A stretch of 20,000 bases of DNA from IMG/VR virus record IMGVR_UViG_3300027659_000025; one strand, 5' to 3'. Of the stretch, positions 1 through 8,075 are shown piece by piece. The position numbers and the translations under genes were made by a program. Every line of letters starts with the position of its first letter. Position 1 is the first letter of the stretch. The stretch comes from an uncultured virus (IMG/VR IMGVR_UViG_3300027659_000025). Taxonomy: Duplodnaviria; Heunggongvirae; Uroviricota; Caudoviricetes. The notes beneath the pieces were generated by a model, which worked only from the letters and a program-made list of their open reading frames with translations, was not told where the DNA came from and ran no database searches.

Positions 1-362
1 AGACCAATTTTTCCAATTTTCGTATTACGAGCTTTTACTTGTGAATTTAGTTCATTAAGAGTTTTAATAGCACTTTGTGTTCTTTTTGTTTTGAGTTTAT
101 TATATGCGTCTATCTCTTCAATTTTTATTGTTCTCCAGGCGTCTCTATACTTTTTTTCGTCTTGAGCAAGCGTTTCTGCTTTAGATGCTAAAGTGCGTTT
201 AGTTCTATCAATATCTCTTGTATTTAGAGTGTTTTTTGCAATTGTAGCTGCACCAAAATAACCAACACCAGCTGCTAATCCAATTTTTTGTTTATCTGAA
301 AGGCCATTTTTAGAGGCATTCTTATTGCCCTTCATTGCTGCTGAACGTTCAGGATCTGTCAT
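1..362 (-). CDS. Leader-array protein 4 (partial; runs off the window edge), small basic protein with MTDPERSAAMKGNKNASK leader
   Basis: Not in the ORF track. Manual translation from ATG at 362 gives MTDPERSAAMKGNKNASKNGLSDKQKIGLAAGVGYFGAATIAKNTLNTRDIDRTKRTLASKAETLAQDEKKYRDAWRTIKIEEIDAYNKLKTKRTQSAIKTLNELNSQVKARNTKIGKIG..., with no stop before position 1. AAGGA lies upstream and the start is 1 nt after the stop of 364..726. Confidence 0.9.
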   Translation of the reverse strand, partial: MTDPERSAAMKGNKNASKNGLSDKQKIGLAAGVGYFGAATIAKNTLNTRDIDRTKRTLASKAETLAQDEKKYRDAWRTIKIEEIDAYNKLKTKRTQSAIKTLNELNSQVKARNTKIGKIG

Positions 363-363
363 T

Positions 364-726
364 TTATTTTCCTTGAAAATCTTCTTTTATAGCTTTTGTT
401 AATTTATAACCAGCGACACCGCCTACAACAGCAGCTCCAAGTTTAACCCCTTTTATTTGAGCTTTCAGTTTAGCCTGTTTAACAAATACATCAGCAGCAC
501 GAGATCTTTTTAACTCAGGATTAATTTTCTTATTTTCCCTTAGTTTCTTTTGTATTCTCTTAGCTTTTTCTATCTCAGGTATTGTATTTGATATTTGTTT
601 TGCGCCATAATAAGCCCCAGCTAACGCCCCAATTTTGTTTATTATGGAGCCTTTTTCAGCTGAAGCACCGTCTTTAGAGGCATTCTTATTGCCCTTCAAT
701 GCTGCTGAACGTTCAGGATCTGCCAT
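364..726 (-). CDS. Leader-array protein 3, 120 aa basic protein with two Gly/Ala-rich hydrophobic segments
   Basis: ORF track. Starts MADPERSAALKGNKNASK; Lys-rich; hydrophobic segments IGALAGAYYGA and LGAAVVGGVAGY; AAGGA RBS. Confidence 0.9.
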   Translation of the reverse strand: MADPERSAALKGNKNASKDGASAEKGSIINKIGALAGAYYGAKQISNTIPEIEKAKRIQKKLRENKKINPELKRSRAADVFVKQAKLKAQIKGVKLGAAVVGGVAGYKLTKAIKEDFQGK

Positions 727-731
727 TTTAT

Positions 732-1088
732 TTATCCTTTTGTTTTTGCTTGTTTAGCTTGCCTTAAAGTTGAAGCTAATGCAACACGAGGTGCTCTTTC
801 TTTTTCAAACGCTGCAGAGTTTTTCTTAATTTCATTTAGCTGCTGCTGTCTTGCTTCGCGTGTTTTTGCTTTTGCAACTTCTGCAGGACTTAGAGTTTTC
901 GCCTTTGCATCGTTTACAACTTCTTTAGCTCTTAAAGCTTTAAGCTTTCCTTTTCTAACCAGCAATGCAGCTGTAAGACCTGCTCCTGCAACACCTATTC
1001 CTATACCTACTTTTTGCTTAGTTGAAGCACCGTCTTTAGAGGCATTTTTATTGCCCTTCAATGCTGCTGAACGTTCTGGATCTGCCAT
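732..1088 (-). CDS. Leader-array protein 2, 118 aa basic protein with one hydrophobic segment
   Basis: ORF track. Starts MADPERSAALKGNKNASK; segment VGIGIGVAGAGLTAALLV, then a Lys/Ala-rich helical tail; AAGGA RBS. Confidence 0.9.
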   Translation of the reverse strand: MADPERSAALKGNKNASKDGASTKQKVGIGIGVAGAGLTAALLVRKGKLKALRAKEVVNDAKAKTLSPAEVAKAKTREARQQQLNEIKKNSAAFEKERAPRVALASTLRQAKQAKTKG

Positions 1089-1132
1089 TTTATTTATCCT
1101 TTTTGTTTATTTTTCATTACTGCTCTTTTTGT

Positions 1133-1561
1133 TCATTTCTTTTTATCTGCTGTAGGTTGTTTTACCTTTGAAGCTAGTGCAATGCCACCTGTTGCTCCTG
1201 CAACAATGCTGGCAGCTTTAATGGCTTTAGTTTTATTATTAAATTTAATATCTGTACCTATAACTTTGCTACGCGTGTTACCAAGTCTCTTGCCAGCTTC
1301 ATAGTACTTTTCTGGCGCGACTCCCTTCCAGTATTCACGTTTACTACGGTCTACCTTTTCTTGAGCTTTGTTTAAAACTCTATTTTGCTTTGCTGTTAGC
1401 TCTATACGTGCTGGTCTTCTACCAACTGCAGCTAATGTATTACCTAAAAGACCGCCAACGGCACCATATCCAACTTTTTCTCCTGTTGTAAGTGAAGCTT
1501 TACCACTCTTAGAGGCATTTTTATTGCCCTTCATTGCTGCCGAACGTTCTGGATCTGCCAT
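1133..1561 (-). CDS. Leader-array protein 1, 142 aa basic protein with two Gly/Ala-rich hydrophobic segments
   Basis: ORF track. Starts MADPERSAAMKGNKNASK, 12 nt downstream of the portal stop; segments VGYGAVGGLLGNTLAAVG and AASIVAGATGGIALA. Confidence 0.9.
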   Translation of the reverse strand: MADPERSAAMKGNKNASKSGKASLTTGEKVGYGAVGGLLGNTLAAVGRRPARIELTAKQNRVLNKAQEKVDRSKREYWKGVAPEKYYEAGKRLGNTRSKVIGTDIKFNNKTKAIKAASIVAGATGGIALASKVKQPTADKKK

Positions 1562-1573
1562 TTTATTTATCTT

Positions 1574-3154
1574 TTAAGGTTGAATTTCTTGCTGTTGATT
1601 CTCTATTTGAGATGCATATTGTTCATTTTGTCGTTGAATTAACATTTCTTGGTCTGCTGTAATTTCCATTCTACCAGCTTCATCATCATAATCAGGTGGT
1701 ACAATATCGTTTTGTTTAAGAATTTGTAACCAAATAGATCTCGGCACAAGTCCTTGTTGATACCATTCAGTAACAAGTCTTAACCAATCTGCACCTAGTG
1801 GAACTGGATTAAAGTCAGCTGATAGACTAAAAGTAACGTCTTGAGGGGTTAACTCTAAATTATATCTCCAGTTAATCATGAAAGCAATAACTTGTTTCAT
1901 AGTATTGCTAATCTTAGTATTTAAAGAACCTAATTGAGCAGTTTGTGCAGCATTTCTAATTTCAAGAGCAACACCAGATTGAGCAGATTCAGGACTTAAC
2001 ATTCTGATGCCCATCTTAGCCATTTCTTCAATAGAAGCTGAAATGGCTCTATCCATGTCTTGTAATGCTGCTGTAGGTGTTTCTAAAACTGTTGCACTGT
2101 CACCTTGTCTCAGCCTAATCCAAGAACCTAATCCTGCTGCAGTTACATTATCAAAATCTTCATCACTCATGTCAGAAATAACAATTGGAGTGTATGTAGA
2201 TGCACCATATAGTAAATGATTTCTTCTACTTATTTTGTTATAAAGATTTAATTCTTTATCAACAACAGGCATAAGAACAGGCTCAGCTGGAGCTACATTA
2301 CCATTTAATGGCCATGCAGGAACTATTGTTAATCGTTCACCGTTTGATAGAATATTTGTAATTGTATCAATCAAAACAAATACAGGTTTTTTTAAAGAAT
2401 ATTCTTTCTGAACTTGTCCATTTACAATTTGAACTGAATTAGCATCACTAGTTTGTTGAAATACTCTTATTTGATAAAAGCCATCTTCATCAAGCTCATG
2501 TACCTTTACAGTATCGCGATATGTTGCATGAAATTCATTTAACTCAAAGAACTCTTCATAAGATCTAACAATAATTCTATTTAAAATTGACTTACCACGA
2601 CTGTCAGAACTAACTCTCCAATTTATTACAGATTCAGCTTGCCATAAAATTGGATATGGTTTAAGTTTTGCTTTCTCTTCTAAAGAAAGAGAATCTGGAT
2701 TTTCAATAACAGGATAATCAATATAAACCCAAGCACGGCTTGTTTGAAGCTCTTCCCATAAAGCTGTATCAAGAAAACTGATAATACTATTATCATCTTG
2801 ACAAAACTCATTCATAATCCAATTGAAAACTTCAGGAGGAAGTTCTTCTGGTAATGATAGTGTTGGTTGTTTTCTTAATAAACCACCTACAAGCATTTTG
2901 GCAAATTGAGCTACAATACCTGGCAACTCTGCTTCTGCTTTGTAGAAATCATATTGACGTTGTGTCATTGACGGTGAAAACGGTAATAAAAGATTTGTAA
3001 AACTATTGACATCAATAAAACCATCATAGTCTTTTACAAATCTTTCTCCACTACAAACAGCTCTGCTTCGTTTCCATAATACTCTGAGAGACTCGTACTC
3101 AGCATTAGGATCAGCTACTGTTTTATTTGCAGAAGCAGCATTGACTACAGCCAT
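1574..3154 (-). CDS. Phage portal protein (DUF4055-like)
   Basis: 526 aa. Motif order matches DUF4055-type portals: N-terminal P..EY.....W, LLP, YDFYKAEA, GGLLRKQP, WVYIDYP, PYPILWQAESVINWR, and C-terminal SGVALEIRNAAQTAQL and DFNP. A terminase is present in the same cluster. Confidence 0.85.
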   Translation of the reverse strand: MAVVNAASANKTVADPNAEYESLRVLWKRSRAVCSGERFVKDYDGFIDVNSFTNLLLPFSPSMTQRQYDFYKAEAELPGIVAQFAKMLVGGLLRKQPTLSLPEELPPEVFNWIMNEFCQDDNSIISFLDTALWEELQTSRAWVYIDYPVIENPDSLSLEEKAKLKPYPILWQAESVINWRVSSDSRGKSILNRIIVRSYEEFFELNEFHATYRDTVKVHELDEDGFYQIRVFQQTSDANSVQIVNGQVQKEYSLKKPVFVLIDTITNILSNGERLTIVPAWPLNGNVAPAEPVLMPVVDKELNLYNKISRRNHLLYGASTYTPIVISDMSDEDFDNVTAAGLGSWIRLRQGDSATVLETPTAALQDMDRAISASIEEMAKMGIRMLSPESAQSGVALEIRNAAQTAQLGSLNTKISNTMKQVIAFMINWRYNLELTPQDVTFSLSADFNPVPLGADWLRLVTEWYQQGLVPRSIWLQILKQNDIVPPDYDDEAGRMEITADQEMLIQRQNEQYASQIENQQQEIQP

Positions 3155-3157
3155 ATA

Positions 3158-3430
3158 TTAGCCTCTTAAAATTTCATTAAGTTCTGAAATACTACCTTCG
3201 AAAGTATGACGTGTCGTGTTATTATAAGCTATAATATCGTCATTATCTGTAACTGAAGTTATAATCCATTCGCTTGGGTTTCTAAGAGCAGGATGATTAT
3301 ATTCTGTATCAGTAATTTGCGTTGATGCAGAGCTATCTACAAGTTGTATTGCTTGTTGTGATTTTAATTCAAACTCAACAGTATCGGTGGCAGTAGAAAC
3401 TACTGGCAATTCTAAGTTTAAAGCTTTCAT
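3158..3430 (-). CDS. Hypothetical protein (90 aa) immediately upstream of the portal
   Basis: ORF track. Tightly packed (3 nt from the portal start) with AGGT upstream; no recognised function. Confidence 0.75.
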   Translation of the reverse strand: MKALNLELPVVSTATDTVEFELKSQQAIQLVDSSASTQITDTEYNHPALRNPSEWIITSVTDNDDIIAYNNTTRHTFEGSISELNEILRG

Positions 3431-3564
3431 TATTTACCTATTCTAAAACGAGGCATTACTAAGTATTTTGAAGGCATCTTAACTAAGCGTAGTAATCGCT
3501 CTTTAAATATGCTTCCCCATGATTGTTGCCAACTTGATTTCCAACTATTGCCCCAACTACTCAT
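3430..3564 (-). CDS. Small Ser-Trp repeat protein (44 aa)
   Basis: Not in the ORF track. Manual translation: MSSWGNSWKSSWQQSWGSIFKERLLRLVKMPSKYLVMPRFRIGK*. It overlaps the upstream stop (ATGA) and the downstream start (TAATG), exactly filling the gap. Confidence 0.8.
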   Translation of the reverse strand: MSSWGNSWKSSWQQSWGSIFKERLLRLVKMPSKYLVMPRFRIGK

Positions 3565-6329
3565 TGCGGACCCCACTCATTTCCACTTTGCCCAGTGCCA
3601 ATTACATTAACGTAATTAACCTGTCTTACATTTACACCAATGTTTGCTGTCATCAATTCAGACTTTACTGCAACAGCTACACCAGTTTTGGCATTAGTTA
3701 TCAAATCTACTGAAATAGGCTGATTTGTTAATCTTAGCATCAATTCATCAGCAATTTCACTAACTGTAGGCATTGCTCCCTCCACTAAGAAATTAACAAA
3801 CTCATCTATTTGTCTTGTTGTTAATATGGTTAAAATACCTGTCGCAAACTGAGATACAGTTGGATTTTGTGACAGCTGATTTGTAATAAATTGGTCTAAT
3901 AAATATATCTGTTGTGGTGATAGATCTGCTCGTACAACGTCTATTTCGCTATTTGCGGTTTGAGTGCAAAAAGAACCTATTAAATTGTAAGCTTGTACTA
4001 TTATAGAACTGCTGGCAGAATTAAACTGTATAACGCCACTGCCAAATAATTTATAGCCTTGTATTATTGAAGAAATTGAAGATAAATTAGCAACAGCCGC
4101 AGCTGAACCACTTAAATTATATGTTACAGATATAGCAGCTTGCGAAGAAGCTGAATTTTGGGTTGGATTAAAACTAGATAAGTTCTGTGCTTGAGTAATG
4201 TTACTAGTCGATGAATTATTAGCTTGCGTTGTAGCATAATAATCCACAACATTGTGAACAACAACAACTGAACCAGTGTTTGACGTATTGCTTGTTACAC
4301 AACTTGTTCCCACAAGAATCTGATTAAGCTGAACTGTTCCAGGTGCAGACACTGCACTGCTAGAACAAGAAGCACCACTTAATGTTATTGCTTGTGCAAT
4401 AGTACCTACAGAGCTAACGTTACTTACAGCAGTTGCAGAGCCTATAAGTGTTGTATAAGTTTGTGTTATAAGATTAGAAGAAGTTAAATTGTCTTGTGTA
4501 GAAGTTACACTAAAAAGATTATACGTTTGAACTACTGCGCCAGTACTTGCAGCATTTAACTGATTTGTTGCTGTTATAGTTAATGGCAGTGCAAGTGTTA
4601 TAACACCAGTCAGAGATTCTGCAGCTTGTGTAGATGCTGTGCCAGTGGTGTTATGTATCTGAGATATAGAATCAGTATTTGTAAAGTTAGCTTGAGAGCT
4701 AGGCGCACCAATAACAGCCTGTGTAGTTGTAACAGCTGCAACATTTGTTGTATTAGATTGAGAACTTGTAGTTCCAACTAGTGTACTATAAATTTGAATT
4801 ATAGTATTTGCAGATGATACATTTGATTGATTAGCTGCACTACCAACTAAAATCTGACTTTGAGCTATAGTACCTGTTGCACTTGTTGCTGCTTGAGATA
4901 CTGAAGATCCAATTAGTGTATTATGTACTTGTATTACCGTACCTGTTCCAGCATTATTAGCTTCTGAAACATTTGATCCAGTTAATATTTGACTTTGTGT
5001 TACTGTGCCTGTACTGCTATTAGATGCTTGAGCACTGGCAGCACTAGTCAAATTATGTGCTTGAGAGGTTGTATCAGCAGAACTACTATTAGTTTGAGAA
5101 GATGCTGAACTTGTAAGCACATGTATATGTACAATAGAACCAACAGATGATGTAGCACTTTGACTAGATGCTGCACCTACAACTGTCTGCGAGCCAGCAA
5201 TAGAGCCAGTAGAACTTATATTAGCTTGAGATGTAGTTGAATCAATTAAAGTCGTATGTGCCTGAGTTATAGAACTTGCACTAGAAATAGCAACTTGTGA
5301 AGAAGGTGCTCCAGATATTATTTGATTAGCTGTAGCGGCATCTGTGCTTGAAGCATTAGTTTGATTAGAATCTGATTGAGTTAAGCTATGTGTCTGTGAA
5401 ATAACTCCAGTAGAGCTTGTATTATTTTGATTAGCAGTTGCACTAGATAGACTATGACTTTGAGATATAGTTCCAGTAGAAGTATTATTAACTTGACTAG
5501 ACGCTGCACTAATTAAGGTAGTATGTACTTGAACTACAGAATTTGCAGAAGAAGCATTTGCTTGATTAGTTGCAGAATCTACAAGTGTAGTATATATTTG
5601 TGAAACTAAACCTGTACTACTAGCTCCAGACTGACTAGAAGCACTCTCTGCAAGAACATACGCCTGTACAATTGTGCCAGCGCTAGATATAGCTGATTGA
5701 GAAACAGGAGCGCCTGCAATATTAATTGCGTTATCTACAACAGATACTATACCTGTACTTGATATAGCAGACTGGCTAGTTGTGTCGCCTGTTAAAACTT
5801 GTACTTGAGTTACAGTTCCTGTACCTGATACAGCAGACTGGCTAGATGCAGATCCTGTTAAAACTTGTATTTGAGTTACAGTTCCTGTACTACTGGCTGC
5901 AGCTTGACTAGACACTGTACCTGATACAACATGTATATGTACAATGACACCAGTTGAAGAGCTTGCAGCTTGGCTAGATGTACTACCTGCTAGAGTATTG
6001 TAAGTCTGTGTACCTGCACCAGTAGCTGACGTAGCAGACTGAGAACTTGCAGAGCCTACTAATGTAGCATGTACTTGTGTAATTGTATTAGCACTTGAAG
6101 TCGCAGCTTGAGTAGTTGCAGCAGCACTTAAATTAATATTTTGAGTAATTGCTGCAGCACTTGACGAGGCATTTTGTGTAGTAGTAGCACCAGTTAAAGT
6201 TATTGCTGGTACACCACTAGTATCAAAGAGTGCTGAATCAAATACTGCATCATCATAGACTACGTCTGTACCACCAAATAGTGCAGAGTCAAATAGATTA
6301 AGGTCAGTATCAAACACTTGATTCAGCAT
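3561..6329 (-). CDS. 922 aa Ser/Thr/Ala/Gln-rich ~22-aa repeat protein, putative virion fibre/solenoid structural protein
   Basis: Over 30 degenerate units like LTGSASSQSAVSGTGTVTQVQV and almost no Lys/Arg in the repeat region. Acidic N-terminus has FDSALF twice; distinct C-terminal domain ends GTGQSGNEWGPQ. AGGAG RBS. Confidence 0.7.
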   Translation of the reverse strand: MLNQVFDTDLNLFDSALFGGTDVVYDDAVFDSALFDTSGVPAITLTGATTTQNASSSAAAITQNINLSAAATTQAATSSANTITQVHATLVGSASSQSATSATGAGTQTYNTLAGSTSSQAASSSTGVIVHIHVVSGTVSSQAAASSTGTVTQIQVLTGSASSQSAVSGTGTVTQVQVLTGDTTSQSAISSTGIVSVVDNAINIAGAPVSQSAISSAGTIVQAYVLAESASSQSGASSTGLVSQIYTTLVDSATNQANASSANSVVQVHTTLISAASSQVNNTSTGTISQSHSLSSATANQNNTSSTGVISQTHSLTQSDSNQTNASSTDAATANQIISGAPSSQVAISSASSITQAHTTLIDSTTSQANISSTGSIAGSQTVVGAASSQSATSSVGSIVHIHVLTSSASSQTNSSSADTTSQAHNLTSAASAQASNSSTGTVTQSQILTGSNVSEANNAGTGTVIQVHNTLIGSSVSQAATSATGTIAQSQILVGSAANQSNVSSANTIIQIYSTLVGTTSSQSNTTNVAAVTTTQAVIGAPSSQANFTNTDSISQIHNTTGTASTQAAESLTGVITLALPLTITATNQLNAASTGAVVQTYNLFSVTSTQDNLTSSNLITQTYTTLIGSATAVSNVSSVGTIAQAITLSGASCSSSAVSAPGTVQLNQILVGTSCVTSNTSNTGSVVVVHNVVDYYATTQANNSSTSNITQAQNLSSFNPTQNSASSQAAISVTYNLSGSAAAVANLSSISSIIQGYKLFGSGVIQFNSASSSIIVQAYNLIGSFCTQTANSEIDVVRADLSPQQIYLLDQFITNQLSQNPTVSQFATGILTILTTRQIDEFVNFLVEGAMPTVSEIADELMLRLTNQPISVDLITNAKTGVAVAVKSELMTANIGVNVRQVNYVNVIGTGQSGNEWGPQ

Positions 6330-6337
6330 GTCTTCTC

Positions 6338-6727
6338 CTACGCTGTAATCAAAGTAGCATTCCTAAACAAGTCGTCCATTTGCTCTGGAGTTTGATTAAG
6401 GAATACACGAATTTCTTCTACAATATTTGAAGATCTATTAAAATAATCTAAATCTTTCCATACAATACCAGATGCGCCACTATGAGTTGCCATATAGTTT
6501 TCTACACTAGGTAAAACTTCAGCATTTAGTAAAGCAACTCTAAATTGAAATCTTAAGACTTCACTTGGAACTGGAGCTGGAGGTTCTTCATAAAATTGTT
6601 CAGCCGTATTTCCAGCTTGAATCCAAGATGCATATCTTAAATACATTCCATCCATAAAAGGTGATTTTGAAACTTCGCCAGTAGAAGTTTCATAAATATC
6701 ACCTGTTGCAGTGTTAATTCTGTACAT
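6338..6727 (-). CDS. Putative fibre-associated/assembly chaperone-like protein (129 aa)
   Basis: YASWIQAGNT motif and C-terminal QFRVALL...W....YFNRSS..V......L....EQMDDLFRNA pattern, typical of small proteins encoded next to phage tail fibre genes. Confidence 0.55.
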   Translation of the reverse strand: MYRINTATGDIYETSTGEVSKSPFMDGMYLRYASWIQAGNTAEQFYEEPPAPVPSEVLRFQFRVALLNAEVLPSVENYMATHSGASGIVWKDLDYFNRSSNIVEEIRVFLNQTPEQMDDLFRNATLITA

Positions 6728-7672
6728 TTAGTTATCCGTTTCAATATAAAGAGAACAAATATCAAAAGCGGTAGCTAATGCAGTTGCATTATTTGTTTTC
6801 CAGATTTGATGCCCTAAGAAAACTGTGCTAGTTGGAACTGAGGCAAACGTTCCAGATGCGGTAAATGCAGTGCCAATTTTATCAACTTGATATGTGACTA
6901 CACCAGCTGGATTTGCAAACATAGAAAATTCATAAGCATCTGTAGATAAACCGTTAGCTGGGAAATTAATACCAAGATCTACTGCAGTGCTTGCTGAAGC
7001 GCCTGCTGCATATACATGCAAATTAGTACTTGTAGATAGCTGACAAATTCCTAAAGCATTTGTAAGAGTGTTAGGCTCTATGTTTGTTGCCGCAGTAGTT
7101 TGAGTCCATAGTCCTGCAAAAAATCTTGCTCCAGCTACTGTGGCAGCATCACTAGGCACAAATCTAAGTCTGTAGTAAAATCCACCAGCATTTGCACCGC
7201 CACCTGTAGTATATTTGTTTAGAGTTTCTCTAGTTGATACCATTGAACCAGCAGTAGCAGCTGCCGTTACATACCCTAATCTCAAAAGACGAGTTGCAAA
7301 GTTAGTAGCAGTTGCGGTTCTTACCGTTGCAGTTCCAACAGTTGTTAAAGTACCTATTCCAAAATGCTGAAGACCTGCTTGTGTAATTGCGGCTGCGCTA
7401 TTGCCAATAGGAATAAGCATATTAACTTTATTTCCACCAAGATTAGGTTGGAATGTAGTATCTACACCAGATGGACCCACTTGGGCCAACATCATTCTTC
7501 CGCCAATTTTTTTTCCAAAGATAGAAATATTATCTGCCGGAGGAATGACGGGCGTTGACAAGGGAAGATCAAGATCACCAACAATCGTATGATCGTCATT
7601 CCAACGTGTCACAGAAATTTGTTTAGTACCGTCATTAGTCCCAGTGGCAGTATAATTATGTTTAACGCCCAT
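6728..7672 (-). CDS. Hypothetical beta-rich virion protein, possible receptor-binding/lectin-like domain (314 aa)
   Basis: ORF track. Thr/Ala/Gly-rich with alternating beta-strand patterns; followed directly by a chaperone-like gene; AAGGAG RBS. Confidence 0.5.
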   Translation of the reverse strand: MGVKHNYTATGTNDGTKQISVTRWNDDHTIVGDLDLPLSTPVIPPADNISIFGKKIGGRMMLAQVGPSGVDTTFQPNLGGNKVNMLIPIGNSAAAITQAGLQHFGIGTLTTVGTATVRTATATNFATRLLRLGYVTAAATAGSMVSTRETLNKYTTGGGANAGGFYYRLRFVPSDAATVAGARFFAGLWTQTTAATNIEPNTLTNALGICQLSTSTNLHVYAAGASASTAVDLGINFPANGLSTDAYEFSMFANPAGVVTYQVDKIGTAFTASGTFASVPTSTVFLGHQIWKTNNATALATAFDICSLYIETDN

Positions 7673-7682
7673 TTAAGTCTCC

Positions 7683-8066
7683 TTAAGTGGGTTGATTGCT
7701 TGTATAGGTAAGCGCAGGAAAGTTAATTGTGTTGCCTGATGTAATAACTTGATCGGATGTTTCATCAGTAACCCAGATAACGTTAGCTGAGCCATCGGTA
7801 AAAGCAATATGTAGATTAGGAGTAGCGCCAGACCCTGCAGAAGCGGTAGTAGTTTTACCAGAAGCCGTAGTTAGAACACGGTTAGATGAAGAAGATGATA
7901 GCGTAAAATCGCCATTAACCATTGCAGCTGCACCAACACTATTACTGATGACTGTAGCATAAGAATCGGCAGCAGTATACGCTTTAATTAGAAGCATAGA
8001 AGTTGCTGTTGTCTTAATATAATTAAGACCACTGTCTAGTACGTTTGAACTGACCCATTTTGCCAT
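7683..8066 (-). CDS. Small putative virion structural/adaptor protein (127 aa)
   Basis: LDSGLNYI N-terminus and DQVITSGNTINFPA C-terminus resemble small beta-rich phage structural proteins; AAGGA RBS. Confidence 0.5.
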   Translation of the reverse strand: MAKWVSSNVLDSGLNYIKTTATSMLLIKAYTAADSYATVISNSVGAAAMVNGDFTLSSSSSNRVLTTASGKTTTASAGSGATPNLHIAFTDGSANVIWVTDETSDQVITSGNTINFPALTYTSNQPT

Positions 8067-8075
8067 TTTAGTTCC

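Larger units (their letters stand above)
309..1561 (-). repeat. Four dispersed direct repeats of a 54-nt coding leader (309-362, 673-726, 1035-1088, 1508-1561), extending upstream into a shared translation initiation region
   Basis: Consensus ATG RCA GAT CCW GAA CGT TCR GCA GCA WTG AAG GGC AAT AAR AAT GCC TCT AAR, with only 6 variable positions among the four copies. Each is preceded by AAATAAA. The copies starting at 726 and 1088 also share GAC GGT GCT TCA downstream and AAAAGGATAAATAAA upstream. Confidence 0.97.

Noticed and set aside
309..1561. CRISPR array or integron attC cassette array as an explanation of the four repeats
   Set aside because: Repeats are 362-473 nt apart, are in-frame coding starts, lack attC-type structure, and no cas or integrase gene is in the window.
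1..1561. RiPP/bacteriocin precursor cluster (conserved leader plus variable core)
   Set aside because: No double-glycine cleavage site ends the leader, the bodies are long, and no modifying enzyme, peptidase or transporter is visible. The context is phage head assembly. Not fully excluded, since genes beyond the window are unseen.
3561..6329. Ice-nucleation protein or tape measure protein
   Set aside because: The period is about 22 aa without the AGYGSTxTA octapeptide of InaZ. The composition is beta/Ser-Thr-rich rather than the helical pattern of tape measure proteins.
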